DNA of 64,000 nucleotides from Yeguia hominis (lineage in GTDB: Bacteria; Bacillota; Clostridia; Oscillospirales; Acutalibacteraceae). The stretch's first letter is position 1; each line of letters opens with the position of its first letter. This document shows, piece after piece, positions 48,842 through 58,051 of the stretch. The notes beneath the pieces were generated by a model that searched no databases, was not told where the DNA came from, and worked only from the letters and a program-made list of their open reading frames with translations. Location of the stretch: contig NZ_JACRSN010000003.1 of the NCBI RefSeq assembly GCF_014384705.1, positions 125,113-189,112 on the forward strand, read 5' to 3'. The position numbers were made by a program, and so were the translations under genes.

Positions 48842-50056
48842 TTGATGGTAGCCCTGTTGCTCTCGCCAGTCTATATTTTGCTCAACGTCTATGCGGTTCG
48901 GCGAATTTTGCAGTGGGTTTCCGCATTTCCGCTTTCGGCCGCCGCCGGACGGTGGTGCAAGGGACTGCTCATTGTCCTCTATGCACTTCCGGCAGTGTCT
49001 CCGGCGCTTGCGTATGCGCTGCCGGCTTCCGCGTTTCAGTGGTGGGTCGGCAGAATTTCAGCCGCGTGGCTGGGGTGTCTGTTTTATCTGTTGCTCCTGC
49101 TTGCCGTCGCGGATGGATCCGCGTGGGGAATCCGGCGGCATTTTCGCGGGCGTTGGGACGCTGCGCGAAAAAACCGGCTTCTTCGGCGCGGCGGAGCCCT
49201 CTGTGCGGCGGCGTTGATCGCAGTTTGCGGGTACGGATTCTGGCATGCGCAGGAGATTACGGTGGTGCAGCGGCCTGTTTCGGTATGGAAAACCTGCCCG
49301 GCACAGAAAAGTCTGCGGATTGCGCTGATTTCTGATCTGCACTTCGGATATTCCGTAGGGCTTCGCCAGGCGCAGCGGATGGTTGATACCGTTAACGCGC
49401 AGAATCCGGACTTGATCTGTATCGCCGGCGATGTGTTTGATAATGCCTACAGCGCGATTGAAGATCCGGCGCGGCTTTCCGAGATTCTCTCCGGCTTCCG
49501 GAGTCCCTATGGAACCTACGCCTGTTACGGCAATCACGATGTCTCCGAACGGCTGCTGGCGGGGTTTTCCTTCGGCGGCGCGGGAAAGGTCAGCGAGCAG
49601 CGGATGGACGCCATTCTCACGGATGCCGGAATTCATTTGCTGCGGGACGAGACGGTTTTGGTGGACGGGAAATTTTATCTTTCCGGCCGGCGCGACCGCA
49701 CAAAACCCGGCGTTTCGGAGGAGCGTCTGGATGCGGAAACGCTGCTCTCGGGCGTTGACCGGAATCTTCCGGTATTTGTGCTCGATCATCAGCCCGCTGA
49801 TCTTGCGGCGCTCGCACAGGCCGGCGCCGATCTGGTGCTTTCCGGCCACACGCACAACGGCCAGCTCTTTCCCGGAAACCTTCTGATACAGCCGTTTTGC
49901 GAAAATCCGTACGGCGTGCTGCAAAAAGGGGAGATGACCTCGGTGGTGACCTCGGGCGCCGGCGTTTGGGGGCCTGCGATGCGGGTCGGAACCAACTGCG
50001 AAGTCGTCGTGGTGGAGGTCTCCTTTTTGCCGTCCGGTTTACAGGCAACTGGCTGA
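48842..50056 (+). CDS. Membrane-anchored metallophosphoesterase (calcineurin-like, YkuE-type)
   Basis: Several N-terminal transmembrane helices followed by DxH (SDLHFG), GDxxD (AGDVFD), GNHD and GHTH motifs. Confidence 0.8.
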   Translation: MMVALLLSPVYILLNVYAVRRILQWVSAFPLSAAAGRWCKGLLIVLYALPAVSPALAYALPASAFQWWVGRISAAWLGCLFYLLLLLAVADGSAWGIRRHFRGRWDAARKNRLLRRGGALCAAALIAVCGYGFWHAQEITVVQRPVSVWKTCPAQKSLRIALISDLHFGYSVGLRQAQRMVDTVNAQNPDLICIAGDVFDNAYSAIEDPARLSEILSGFRSPYGTYACYGNHDVSERLLAGFSFGGAGKVSEQRMDAILTDAGIHLLRDETVLVDGKFYLSGRRDRTKPGVSEERLDAETLLSGVDRNLPVFVLDHQPADLAALAQAGADLVLSGHTHNGQLFPGNLLIQPFCENPYGVLQKGEMTSVVTSGAGVWGPAMRVGTNCEVVVVEVSFLPSGLQATG

Positions 50057-50082
50057 CGGAATGGGAAAATCCCAAAAACCAC

Positions 50083-50111
50083 TTGACCTGACGAAAAAGG
50101 CATAGTATAAT
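50083..50111 (+). promoter_or_regulatory. Sigma-A promoter of the ilvB leader
   Basis: TTGACC-17 nt-TATAAT. Confidence 0.7.
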
Positions 50112-50114
50112 ACA

Positions 50115-50425
50115 GGAAACTTTAATAGAAAAGAACGTTGAAGGGAATAAACAGCGCGTTCAGAAGCTGCAGAGAGCCTGCGGACGGTGCAAGCAGGTGC
50201 GGAAGGCGCGTGAATGTCCTCCCGGAGTTCCTGCCTGAAGAGCAGTTGTGTAGGGCGGGCGGCTGATCCCCGTTAAACGGATTCGCTTTATCGACAAGGT
50301 AGAGCGGCGAGTGGCTGGCGGATGAACGCGGGAGACCCCTGCGGAGGATCCGGCGGCAAAAAGAGTGGTACCGCAGAGTGAGAACCTTTGCCTCTTTGTT
50401 GAGGTGAAGGTTTTTTGTTTTTTAC
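50115..50425 (+). promoter_or_regulatory. T-box riboswitch leader upstream of ilvBN
   Basis: Conserved T-box sequence AAAAAGAGTGGTACCGCAGAG (50358..50378). It is immediately followed by the terminator AACCTTTGCCTC...GAGGTGAAGGTT plus TTTTTTGTTTTTT. An AGAGA element lies in the 5' part. Confidence 0.75.
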
Positions 50426-50462
50426 GCGATTTTTACGCGGATGGAAATGGAGGCAGATCGGA

Positions 50463-52118
50463 ATGCTGCAAAACGGCGCACAAATTCTCATACAGGTTCT
50501 TCTGGAGCAGGGCGTGGAACGGATTTTCGGATATCCCGGCGGCGCGGTTTTGCCGATTTATGATGCACTTTATGCGTATCGGGACCGCATCACCCACTAT
50601 ATTACCGCGCATGAACAGGGGGCGGCACATGCCGCCGACGGATACGCGCGGATGACCGGAAAGCCCGGCGTGGTGCTGGCAACCAGCGGACCGGGCGCAA
50701 CGAATCTGGTAACGGGGCTTGCAGCGGCGTATATGGACAGCGTTCCGATGGTGGCAATTACCGGCAACGTCGATACGGCGCTGATCGGCCGGGACAGCTT
50801 TCAGGAGGTCTATATTGCGGGCATTACGATGTCCGTGACCAAACATAATTTTATCGTCCGGCGTACCGAAGACTTGGCGCCTACGCTGCGGCAGGCCTTT
50901 CGGATTGCCCAAAGCGGACGCTGCGGCCCGGTGCTCGTGGATGTTCCGCGCGATGTTGCACTGGGACTTGCGTCGTACACGCCGGAACCGGCAGTGCAGC
51001 CCGACGCCGCATCGGCGCCGGACCCGCAGGACATTGCGCAGGCGGCAAAGATGCTCAACCGTGCGGCGCGCCCGATGGTCTGTTTCGGCGGCGGCGCGGT
51101 CAAAGCGTCGAAGAAATTGCGGGATTTGCTCGAAAAAGCGGAGATTCCGGCGGCGCATACCCTGATGGGCATCGGCGCGCTGCCGTTCGATCATCCGCTG
51201 AATCTCGGACTTCTCGGCATGCACGGCAAGCGCTCTTCGAATCTGGCAGTCGATCATGCGGACGTGCTGCTGGCGATCGGGACGCGCTTTAGCGACCGCG
51301 TGGCGTTCCATATGGATCAGTTTGCGCACCGCGCACAGATCATCCATATCGACATCGATCCGAGCGAAATCAATAAAAACGTGCAGGCGGCCCACAGTGT
51401 GGTCGGAGACGTTCACGATGTGCTCTCGCGGCTGCTTCCCATGGTGGAACCGGCTGCCCACCGCGACTGGATACAGCGCATTGCTGCGTGGAAACGGGAG
51501 GATCTTCCGCTGGAGGACGATGGGGAAACGCTGACGCCGTATGGTGTGATCCGGACGCTGCGTGAAGCTGCCGGGCCGGACGCCATTTTCACGACGGACG
51601 TCGGACAGCACCAGATGTGGGCGGCGCAATACCTGCACCACAATCGCCCGCATCATTTTCTGACGAGCGGCGGACTTGGCGCCATGGGCTACGGCTATGG
51701 CGCGGCGATCGGCGCGTCGCTTGCGGCGGGAAAACGGCCGGTGATCCATATTACCGGGGACGGTTCCTTTCATATGAACCTCAATGAGACCTGCACGGCA
51801 GTGACGTATGGCATTCCGGTTATCAGCGTGATCCTAAATAACCGCGCGCTCGGCATGGTGCGCCAGATGCAGGGCACGTTCTACGGCGGACGGTATTCCT
51901 GCAGCGAACCGGACCGCAAAACCGATTATCAGAAGGTGGCCGAGGGATTTGGCGCGGCCGGGGTGCGCTGTGAGACGCTTTCGCAGCTGCGCACAGCATT
52001 CCAAAATGCGTGCAAAAGCCACGGCCCGGTCTGGATCGAGTGCCCGATCAGCCGGGAGGCGCGCGTGCTGCCGATGATCCCGACAAACGGAACGGTTGAC
52101 GATATCATTTTAAAGTGA
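50463..52118 (+). CDS. ilvB: Acetolactate synthase large subunit
   Basis: ThDP enzyme motifs (GYPGGAVLPIYDAL, GDGSFHMN). Start MLQNGAQ behind GGAGG. Confidence 0.9.
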   Translation: MLQNGAQILIQVLLEQGVERIFGYPGGAVLPIYDALYAYRDRITHYITAHEQGAAHAADGYARMTGKPGVVLATSGPGATNLVTGLAAAYMDSVPMVAITGNVDTALIGRDSFQEVYIAGITMSVTKHNFIVRRTEDLAPTLRQAFRIAQSGRCGPVLVDVPRDVALGLASYTPEPAVQPDAASAPDPQDIAQAAKMLNRAARPMVCFGGGAVKASKKLRDLLEKAEIPAAHTLMGIGALPFDHPLNLGLLGMHGKRSSNLAVDHADVLLAIGTRFSDRVAFHMDQFAHRAQIIHIDIDPSEINKNVQAAHSVVGDVHDVLSRLLPMVEPAAHRDWIQRIAAWKREDLPLEDDGETLTPYGVIRTLREAAGPDAIFTTDVGQHQMWAAQYLHHNRPHHFLTSGGLGAMGYGYGAAIGASLAAGKRPVIHITGDGSFHMNLNETCTAVTYGIPVISVILNNRALGMVRQMQGTFYGGRYSCSEPDRKTDYQKVAEGFGAAGVRCETLSQLRTAFQNACKSHGPVWIECPISREARVLPMIPTNGTVDDIILK

Positions 52119-52130
52119 GGAGAATCGCTC

Positions 52131-52643
52131 ATGCCCAAAAAAGTACTCAGTGTTCTGGTAGACAACCACACCGGCGTCCTCGCGCGTGTCGCGTCGCTGT
52201 TTTGCCAGCGCGGGTTTAACATCGACAGCCTGACGGTTTCGGCGACCAATCATCCCGAAACGTCCCGAATCACCATCGTCGCAAGCGGCGATGACGAGAC
52301 AACGTACAACCAGATTATGAAACAGACCGCAAAACTGATCGAGACGCAGGCAATTTTTCCGCTGAATCCTTCGGAGAGCCTGTTTCGGGAGCTTTTACTG
52401 GTGAAGCTGCGCGCAGACGAAACGAACCGCGGCGCAATCCGGGAAATTGCGGAAATCTATCGGGCAAAAATCATCGATCTCTCGGTTTCCAGCATGGTGC
52501 TGGAGCTGACCGGAGAGCCGGATAAGATTGACGGGTTTCTCGATGTGCTTTCGACCTATGAGATTCTGGAAATGTGCCGCACCGGTGTGACGGCATTGGA
52601 ACGCGGATGGAAAAAGGATCCCCCGCATACGCCTGCCCGATAA
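52131..52643 (+). CDS. ilvN: Acetolactate synthase small (regulatory) subunit
   Basis: N-terminal ACT domain (VLSVLVDNHTGVLARVASLFCQRGFNIDSL). Confidence 0.9.
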   Translation: MPKKVLSVLVDNHTGVLARVASLFCQRGFNIDSLTVSATNHPETSRITIVASGDDETTYNQIMKQTAKLIETQAIFPLNPSESLFRELLLVKLRADETNRGAIREIAEIYRAKIIDLSVSSMVLELTGEPDKIDGFLDVLSTYEILEMCRTGVTALERGWKKDPPHTPAR

Positions 52644-52648
52644 AAAAA

Positions 52649-52742
52649 GAAGAGCGCGCCTGCACACGCAAAACGGTTCCAAACCGCATTCCCTGATGGG
52701 GTGCCGGACGGGCCGTTTCTTCTGTGTGCAGGCGCGCTCTTT
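52649..52742. terminator. Bidirectional terminator formed by a long perfect inverted repeat
   Basis: GAAGAGCGCGCCTGCACAC (52649..52667) and GTGTGCAGGCGCGCTCTT (52724..52741) form an 18-19 bp perfect stem around a 56-nt spacer. An A-run precedes it and a T-run follows. Confidence 0.65.
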
Positions 52743-52795
52743 TGCGTTATATATTTGCAGATTCGGCTAAATCCAAGCCGAATTTGAAAAAGCGT

Positions 52796-53653
52796 CTATT
52801 CTGGACGTTTTGCGGAACTGGGCGTCGGCGTTTCTGTGCCGACGGATTCCGCAGCTGCCGGAGAATGCACAGACTGCCGCGCCGTTTGGCGGAAAAGAAC
52901 CAGCAGCGCGCCGGCGATTACCAGGAGGCTGACCCACTGCGAGGTGGAAAGCCCCAGCCAGCTTCCGCGCAGCGTGTCGCCCCGCCAAAATTCCAGCAAA
53001 AACCGCGCTGGCGCATAGGCGAGCAGATATCCGCAGAACAGGCGTCCGGAAAACCGGTTTTTCCGCAGCAGATGAGACAGGACAAGGAACAAAAGCAGAT
53101 TCCAGAACGCTTCCACAAGCTGAATGGGAAAGCGCACGACGCCGTTTGCCTCCGGAACGGGACTGTACCGATAGACAAAGCCGACCGGGCTTTCTGCCCC
53201 GTAGCAGCATCCGCCCAAAAAGCAGCCGATCCGCCCGAAAACATGGAAGAGCGGAACCACCGGCGCGATCATATCGGACCATGCGGAAAGATCGAGCTTC
53301 CGGTTTTTTCCATACAGATAACCGGCCGCAATGCCGCCCAGAAGCCCGCCGTAAAAGACCGATCCGCCGAAAATCGAAACAACAACGTCGAGGAAGTCTT
53401 TCCAGCTGCTGATGACGCCGGGCGTATGCAGAAGCTTTTGGAGAAGCGGCAGATTGGTGACGCCGTAGAGCAGATGCATGCCCAGCAAAACGCCGATGCC
53501 GCTGATCAGCAAAAAGACGATCATGTCGTTATCGTCGTATCCCCGCTTTTTTGCAGTTCGGCAGGCGTAAATTCCGGAGACAAAAATTCCGATCAGCGCC
53601 AAAACGGGATAAATGGCAAACGTTTTTCCGAGAAACGAGAAGCTTGGAATCAT
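52796..53653 (-). CDS. lgt: Prolipoprotein diacylglyceryl transferase
   Basis: Lgt signature (HPVQLYEA-like FPIQLVEAFWNLLLF, GRIGCFLGGCCYG). Confidence 0.9.
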   Translation of the reverse strand: MIPSFSFLGKTFAIYPVLALIGIFVSGIYACRTAKKRGYDDNDMIVFLLISGIGVLLGMHLLYGVTNLPLLQKLLHTPGVISSWKDFLDVVVSIFGGSVFYGGLLGGIAAGYLYGKNRKLDLSAWSDMIAPVVPLFHVFGRIGCFLGGCCYGAESPVGFVYRYSPVPEANGVVRFPIQLVEAFWNLLLFLVLSHLLRKNRFSGRLFCGYLLAYAPARFLLEFWRGDTLRGSWLGLSTSQWVSLLVIAGALLVLFRQTARQSVHSPAAAESVGTETPTPSSAKRPE

Positions 53654-53732
53654 GGCAGTTCACCTCGCGATAAAAAAATACCATGCGCGTACGCTGCGCA
53701 TGGTATAATATGGGTTCAGATCAATTGAGCAA

Positions 53733-54014
53733 TTAGCCCAGAAGTCCGGCTACACCGACACAACTTGCAGCGCAGATTACGCAGATGATGCCGACAGCAC
53801 CAAAAGCGGTGCCGATAATGCCGAGAACAAGACCCGCAGTTGCAAGTCCGGTCTCTCCTGGATTTGCCTTTTTACGGCCCAAAACGCCGAAGACAATACC
53901 GAGAACGGCGAGGACAAACGTAAAGTAACAAACGACCGGGATAAAGGAACCGATGATGCCCAGAATACCGCAAACGAGCGCCGCAATAGAAAATCCTTTA
54001 CTGTTGTTTTGCAT
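53733..54014 (-). CDS. DUF4190-like small membrane protein
   Basis: 93 aa with two hydrophobic helices. Gly/Ile-rich. Confidence 0.5.
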   Translation of the reverse strand: MQNNSKGFSIAALVCGILGIIGSFIPVVCYFTFVLAVLGIVFGVLGRKKANPGETGLATAGLVLGIIGTAFGAVGIICVICAASCVGVAGLLG

Positions 54015-54377
54015 GGTGAAAACCCTCCTTATAATTATAAATCTGCGTCCGAGATATCGATAGAAAAAAGGAATTTCCGGGAACCGGATCCGTTTTTCTA
54101 CGGGACACTTTAATCGATGTCATTATAGCATGGTGCTGATTTTGTTGTCAATGATTTTTGGGGAAATTGTTTCGAATTTGTTACAGAGCGCTTTCCTTAG
54201 AGAAGCTTTATGGGAAGCATTGCCGTTTTAAACACGAGCGTGTATAATATCATGGAACGCTTCTGCTGCAGATGGTTTTGCGCCGGGAAATCGTGCGTTT
54301 TTGCGGACTTGGCAAACCGAAACGCGCTTTCGGGCAAACGCGGCAGACGATTTTTTAGAAAAGGAGGTCATCCGAAG

Positions 54378-55724
54378 ATGAGCGGATCCCAAAGGAAAAT
54401 TCCTGTCTTTTGCGATCGGAATCCCGGACTCCACCGGTTTGTGCTCAGCCTGACGCTTCTTGCCGGTCCGCTTTATGAAACGGAGGGCGAGGAAGGATCG
54501 TCGCATTTCTTTGAGCATCTGGTGTTCCGCAACATCAACCGCCGGATGAACGGCACGCTCTACCGGACGCTTGACCGGCTGGGGCTGACGTTCAGTGCCT
54601 GTACCTACCGGGAGATGATTCGCTTTTCGATTTCCGGTATTCCGGCGCATTTTTGTGAGGCGGCCGAAATTTTCACACAGATCTTATCGCCGCTTTCGCT
54701 GTCGTCCCAGGATTTGCAGCTGGAGCGCAAACGGGTCAAAGCGGAAATTGCAGAAGCGGACGAGCGCAGCAGCCTTGACCATTTTGCGGCACAGAAGATC
54801 TGGGCCGGCACGCCGCTGCAAAGGCTGATTACCGGCAGCTGTGCCGCGGTTGACCGGCTTGGCGTGCGGCGGATGCAGAAAATTGCCGAGACGATTCTGC
54901 GCGAAGGCATGCCGTTCTTTTCGGTGACCGGAGCCGTTTCGGAGGAGCATCTCGCGGCGCTTTCTGCCTATGCGGCGCGTTTTCCGGTACGGCCGGGGTC
55001 CGGTGTGCGCCGAAATCTCGCGCCGGTGCCGCAGCAGTTCTTTCACCGAAAACCGGCTGTGTACTGCAAAAGCGCCGGGTACTGCGAAGTCTGCCTTTCC
55101 TTTGATTTTGACGCGCGCCGGTATTCGCATGCGCAGCGGGATCTGCTCTATGCGCTGCTGTTTTCCGGAGAAAGCTCGCGCTTTTATGAGGTGCTCTCCG
55201 AAGAAACCGGTCTGCTTTACGGTTATGACGCGCTGATCGAAGCGTACCGCAACATCGGCGTGCTTTCGCTTTCTTTTTCCGTGCGTCCGGCGTCGCTGCC
55301 GGCAGTTTTGGAAAAGACGGTAGAGGTGCTCTCCGCCGCCAAACAGCCGGATCCCGAGGGCTTTTTATCCGCACAGGGGCAGTATACGGAAACCATGGAT
55401 ATGCTTCTGGACGATCCGGAGGACCTCAGCTTTACGCTCGACTATGAGCGCGGCGTGCTTGGCGCCGGATATGGCTCGCTTGCACAGCGAAAGGAGACCT
55501 ACCGGGCGGTTCGTGCAGAAGATGTGGCCGCATTTGCAGAAGAACTCTTCCGGCCGCAGAATCTGACCGTCTGCGTGAAGGGCAGAAAAGACCGGCTGCC
55601 GCTTTCCAAAATTTCCGGCGTACTGCAAAGATTGGCGGCGCCTTCGATTTTACAGAGAATCTCGAACCCAATGCGGCGAAACAAATGGGTAACTGGGACA
55701 AAAGCAGATGTGAAAAAATTATGA
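54378..55724 (+). CDS. M16 family (pitrilysin/insulinase-like) zinc peptidase
   Basis: Inverted zinc motif HFFEH near the N-terminus. Start MSGSQRK behind AAGGAGG. The ORF-track N-terminal extension (54210) was discarded. Confidence 0.75.
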   Translation: MSGSQRKIPVFCDRNPGLHRFVLSLTLLAGPLYETEGEEGSSHFFEHLVFRNINRRMNGTLYRTLDRLGLTFSACTYREMIRFSISGIPAHFCEAAEIFTQILSPLSLSSQDLQLERKRVKAEIAEADERSSLDHFAAQKIWAGTPLQRLITGSCAAVDRLGVRRMQKIAETILREGMPFFSVTGAVSEEHLAALSAYAARFPVRPGSGVRRNLAPVPQQFFHRKPAVYCKSAGYCEVCLSFDFDARRYSHAQRDLLYALLFSGESSRFYEVLSEETGLLYGYDALIEAYRNIGVLSLSFSVRPASLPAVLEKTVEVLSAAKQPDPEGFLSAQGQYTETMDMLLDDPEDLSFTLDYERGVLGAGYGSLAQRKETYRAVRAEDVAAFAEELFRPQNLTVCVKGRKDRLPLSKISGVLQRLAAPSILQRISNPMRRNKWVTGTKADVKKL

Positions 55725-55906
55725 ATTTTATGTGACGCCGACAAAAATGCAGTTTCGGAAAAAAACTTGCGGAAATAGGCTTGAAAAAATGTCGGTTCTG
55801 CGGTAACATTGTCCTATCCTTTTTCTTTTTGGCGCTTTCCTGTTTGAGGTGTTTGGGCTATTAAAGAACGAGGGCTCTTTTATTTTTAAAACCGGAGGGA
55901 ACTGCC

Positions 55907-56491
55907 ATGCAGCTTTTGAAAGAACGAATTATCAGAGATGGCAAAATCGGCGAAGGCAATATCCTGAAGGTCGACAGCTTTCTGAACCATCAGATGGATA
56001 TTGCGCTTTTTAATGAAATCGGCCGCGAATTCAAACGGCGTTTTGCAAACTGCGATGTAAACAAAATCCTGACCATTGAGTCTTCCGGAATCGGGATTGC
56101 ATGTATTACAGCGCAGTTTTTTGATTGTCCGGTTGTATTCGCCAAAAAGCACCGGACGCTCAATATCTTCGGGGATGTCTACACAGCGAAGGTCGAGTCC
56201 TATACGCACAAAGAGGTCTATGATGTGACGGTTTCCAAGGCGTTTCTCGGTCCGCAGGATCGGATCTTGATTATCGACGATTTTCTTGCAAAGGGCAATG
56301 CGCTCAACGGACTGCTGCAAATCATCGAGCAGGCCGGCGCAAAGGTCGAAGGAATCGGCATCGTTGTCGAAAAAGCGTTCCAGGAGGGCGGCGATCTGAT
56401 CCGGTCGCAGGGCATCCGCGTGGAGTCTTTGGCCCGTGTAAAGGCGCTTTCTGTCGAAAACGGCGTTTCCTTTGTGGAGGATGACTGCTGA
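55907..56491 (+). CDS. xpt: Xanthine phosphoribosyltransferase
   Basis: PRPP-binding motif LIIDDFLAKG. 194 aa, typical of Xpt. Confidence 0.85.
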   Translation: MQLLKERIIRDGKIGEGNILKVDSFLNHQMDIALFNEIGREFKRRFANCDVNKILTIESSGIGIACITAQFFDCPVVFAKKHRTLNIFGDVYTAKVESYTHKEVYDVTVSKAFLGPQDRILIIDDFLAKGNALNGLLQIIEQAGAKVEGIGIVVEKAFQEGGDLIRSQGIRVESLARVKALSVENGVSFVEDDC

Positions 56492-56544
56492 CAAGCCCCG
56501 ATGGGGCTTCCAATAAAATAAAAGGATTTGGAGGAAACAAACAC

Positions 56545-57735
56545 ATGAAGAAGATTCTTGCAATGCTTCTGTCAGTGCTTCTCGTGCTCGCATTTGCGGC
56601 AGGATGCAGCTCTGACAACGCAGCTTCCGGCAGCAGCGATGCTTCTGAGGCACAGAGCAGCGATGCACAGAGCAGCAGCGAAGCGGAAAGCAGCGACGGG
56701 GAAAGCAGCAGCACGGAGGGCCTGTTCCCGCCGGTTGCCAAAGAGGATATTAAGGTCGGCGTCATCCATATTTCCGATCCGGCAGAAGGATCCGGCTATA
56801 CGTATACGCACGATCAGGGAATCGTCGGCATGCAGAAGGCGCTCGGCCTTTCTGATGAGCAGATCATCCGCAAAAACAATGTCAACGACAGCGACGCTAC
56901 CGCAATCGAGAGCGCCATCCTGGAGTGCATTGAGGAAGGCTGCAACATCATTTTTGCGACAAGCTGGGGCTATATGGACACCTGCGAAGCGCTTGCAGAA
57001 GAATATCCGAATGTGATTTTCTCCCACGGTACCGGTTATAAGTCCAACGGCAAAAACTTCAACAACTATTTCGGCCGGATTTATCAGGCGCGTTACCTTT
57101 CCGGTATTGCGGCCGGTCTGAAGACCAAAACCAATAAAATCGGCTATGTTGCGGCTTGGGGCAGCGAAAACGGCGAAGTTACAAGCGGCTGCGACGCGTT
57201 TGCAATGGGCGTGTATTCCGTCAACCCGGATGCAGAAGTTTATGTAAAGGTCACCAACAGCTGGTTCGATCCGGAAGGCGAAGGCCAGGCAGCGCAGGCG
57301 CTTGTCGACCTCGGCTGCGATGTCATCGGACAGCACTGCGATACGCCGAACCCGCAGCTCGTTGCGGAAGAAGCAGGCGTTTTCGGTGTCGGCTACAACT
57401 CCGACATGAGCAAGGATGCGCCGAAGGCGGTTCTGACCTCTGTAATTTGGAACTGGTCCGCATATTACACCTGGGCGGTTGAGAATGTCATCAACGGCAC
57501 CTGGACCGGTGAAAACTATTACGGCGGCCTTGCAGAAGGCTTTGTCGATATCGCACCGCTGGCAGATTTCTGCGCGGACGGCACTGCGGAAAAGATCGAA
57601 GAAGCCCGCCAGAAGATCGTTTCCGGCGAGTGGGATGTCTTTGACGGCGAGATCGAGACCAACGAAGGCACAACGGCGACCAGCGAGTATTACACCGATA
57701 TCAACTGGTACTTCAAGAACGTTGTGGTGAAATAA
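56545..57735 (+). CDS. BMP-family (PnrA/Med-like) nucleoside ABC transporter substrate-binding lipoprotein
   Basis: Lipobox AFAAGCS. Ser/Glu-rich linker. BMP-family core. Confidence 0.85.
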   Translation: MKKILAMLLSVLLVLAFAAGCSSDNAASGSSDASEAQSSDAQSSSEAESSDGESSSTEGLFPPVAKEDIKVGVIHISDPAEGSGYTYTHDQGIVGMQKALGLSDEQIIRKNNVNDSDATAIESAILECIEEGCNIIFATSWGYMDTCEALAEEYPNVIFSHGTGYKSNGKNFNNYFGRIYQARYLSGIAAGLKTKTNKIGYVAAWGSENGEVTSGCDAFAMGVYSVNPDAEVYVKVTNSWFDPEGEGQAAQALVDLGCDVIGQHCDTPNPQLVAEEAGVFGVGYNSDMSKDAPKAVLTSVIWNWSAYYTWAVENVINGTWTGENYYGGLAEGFVDIAPLADFCADGTAEKIEEARQKIVSGEWDVFDGEIETNEGTTATSEYYTDINWYFKNVVVK

Positions 57736-58051
57736 AGCAGCATTCTGCCTGATTCGGCCCGGTGAGAATTTCCGGGCGGGCAAAAGCCCGTCCAGAACAG
57801 GAAATTCCCTTCCGGGCCATGGCCCGTTTTATACGGTTTTTTCCTGCTTTTCCGGCAGGGCGAAGAATCGGCCGGCATATTTTAAAACGCTTTTTTAAAA
57901 CGTGTGCCGAATTTCCGCTTTTTCGCCGTACCGGGACGGCGTTTCTGCGGCGGATGTTTTTTGCGGCCGGAAAAGTCGGCGCAAAAGGCACTTGCATGCA
58001 GAAATCTGTTCGGCGTTTCCACAAAATCTCCAAAGGAGGCATCAATCGGGT

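Noticed and set aside
48445-49335. 296-aa plus-strand ORF upstream of and overlapping the metallophosphoesterase
   Set aside because: Trp/Arg/Cys-rich with no domain-like segments. Out of frame with, and overlapping, a gene that has solid metallophosphoesterase motifs.
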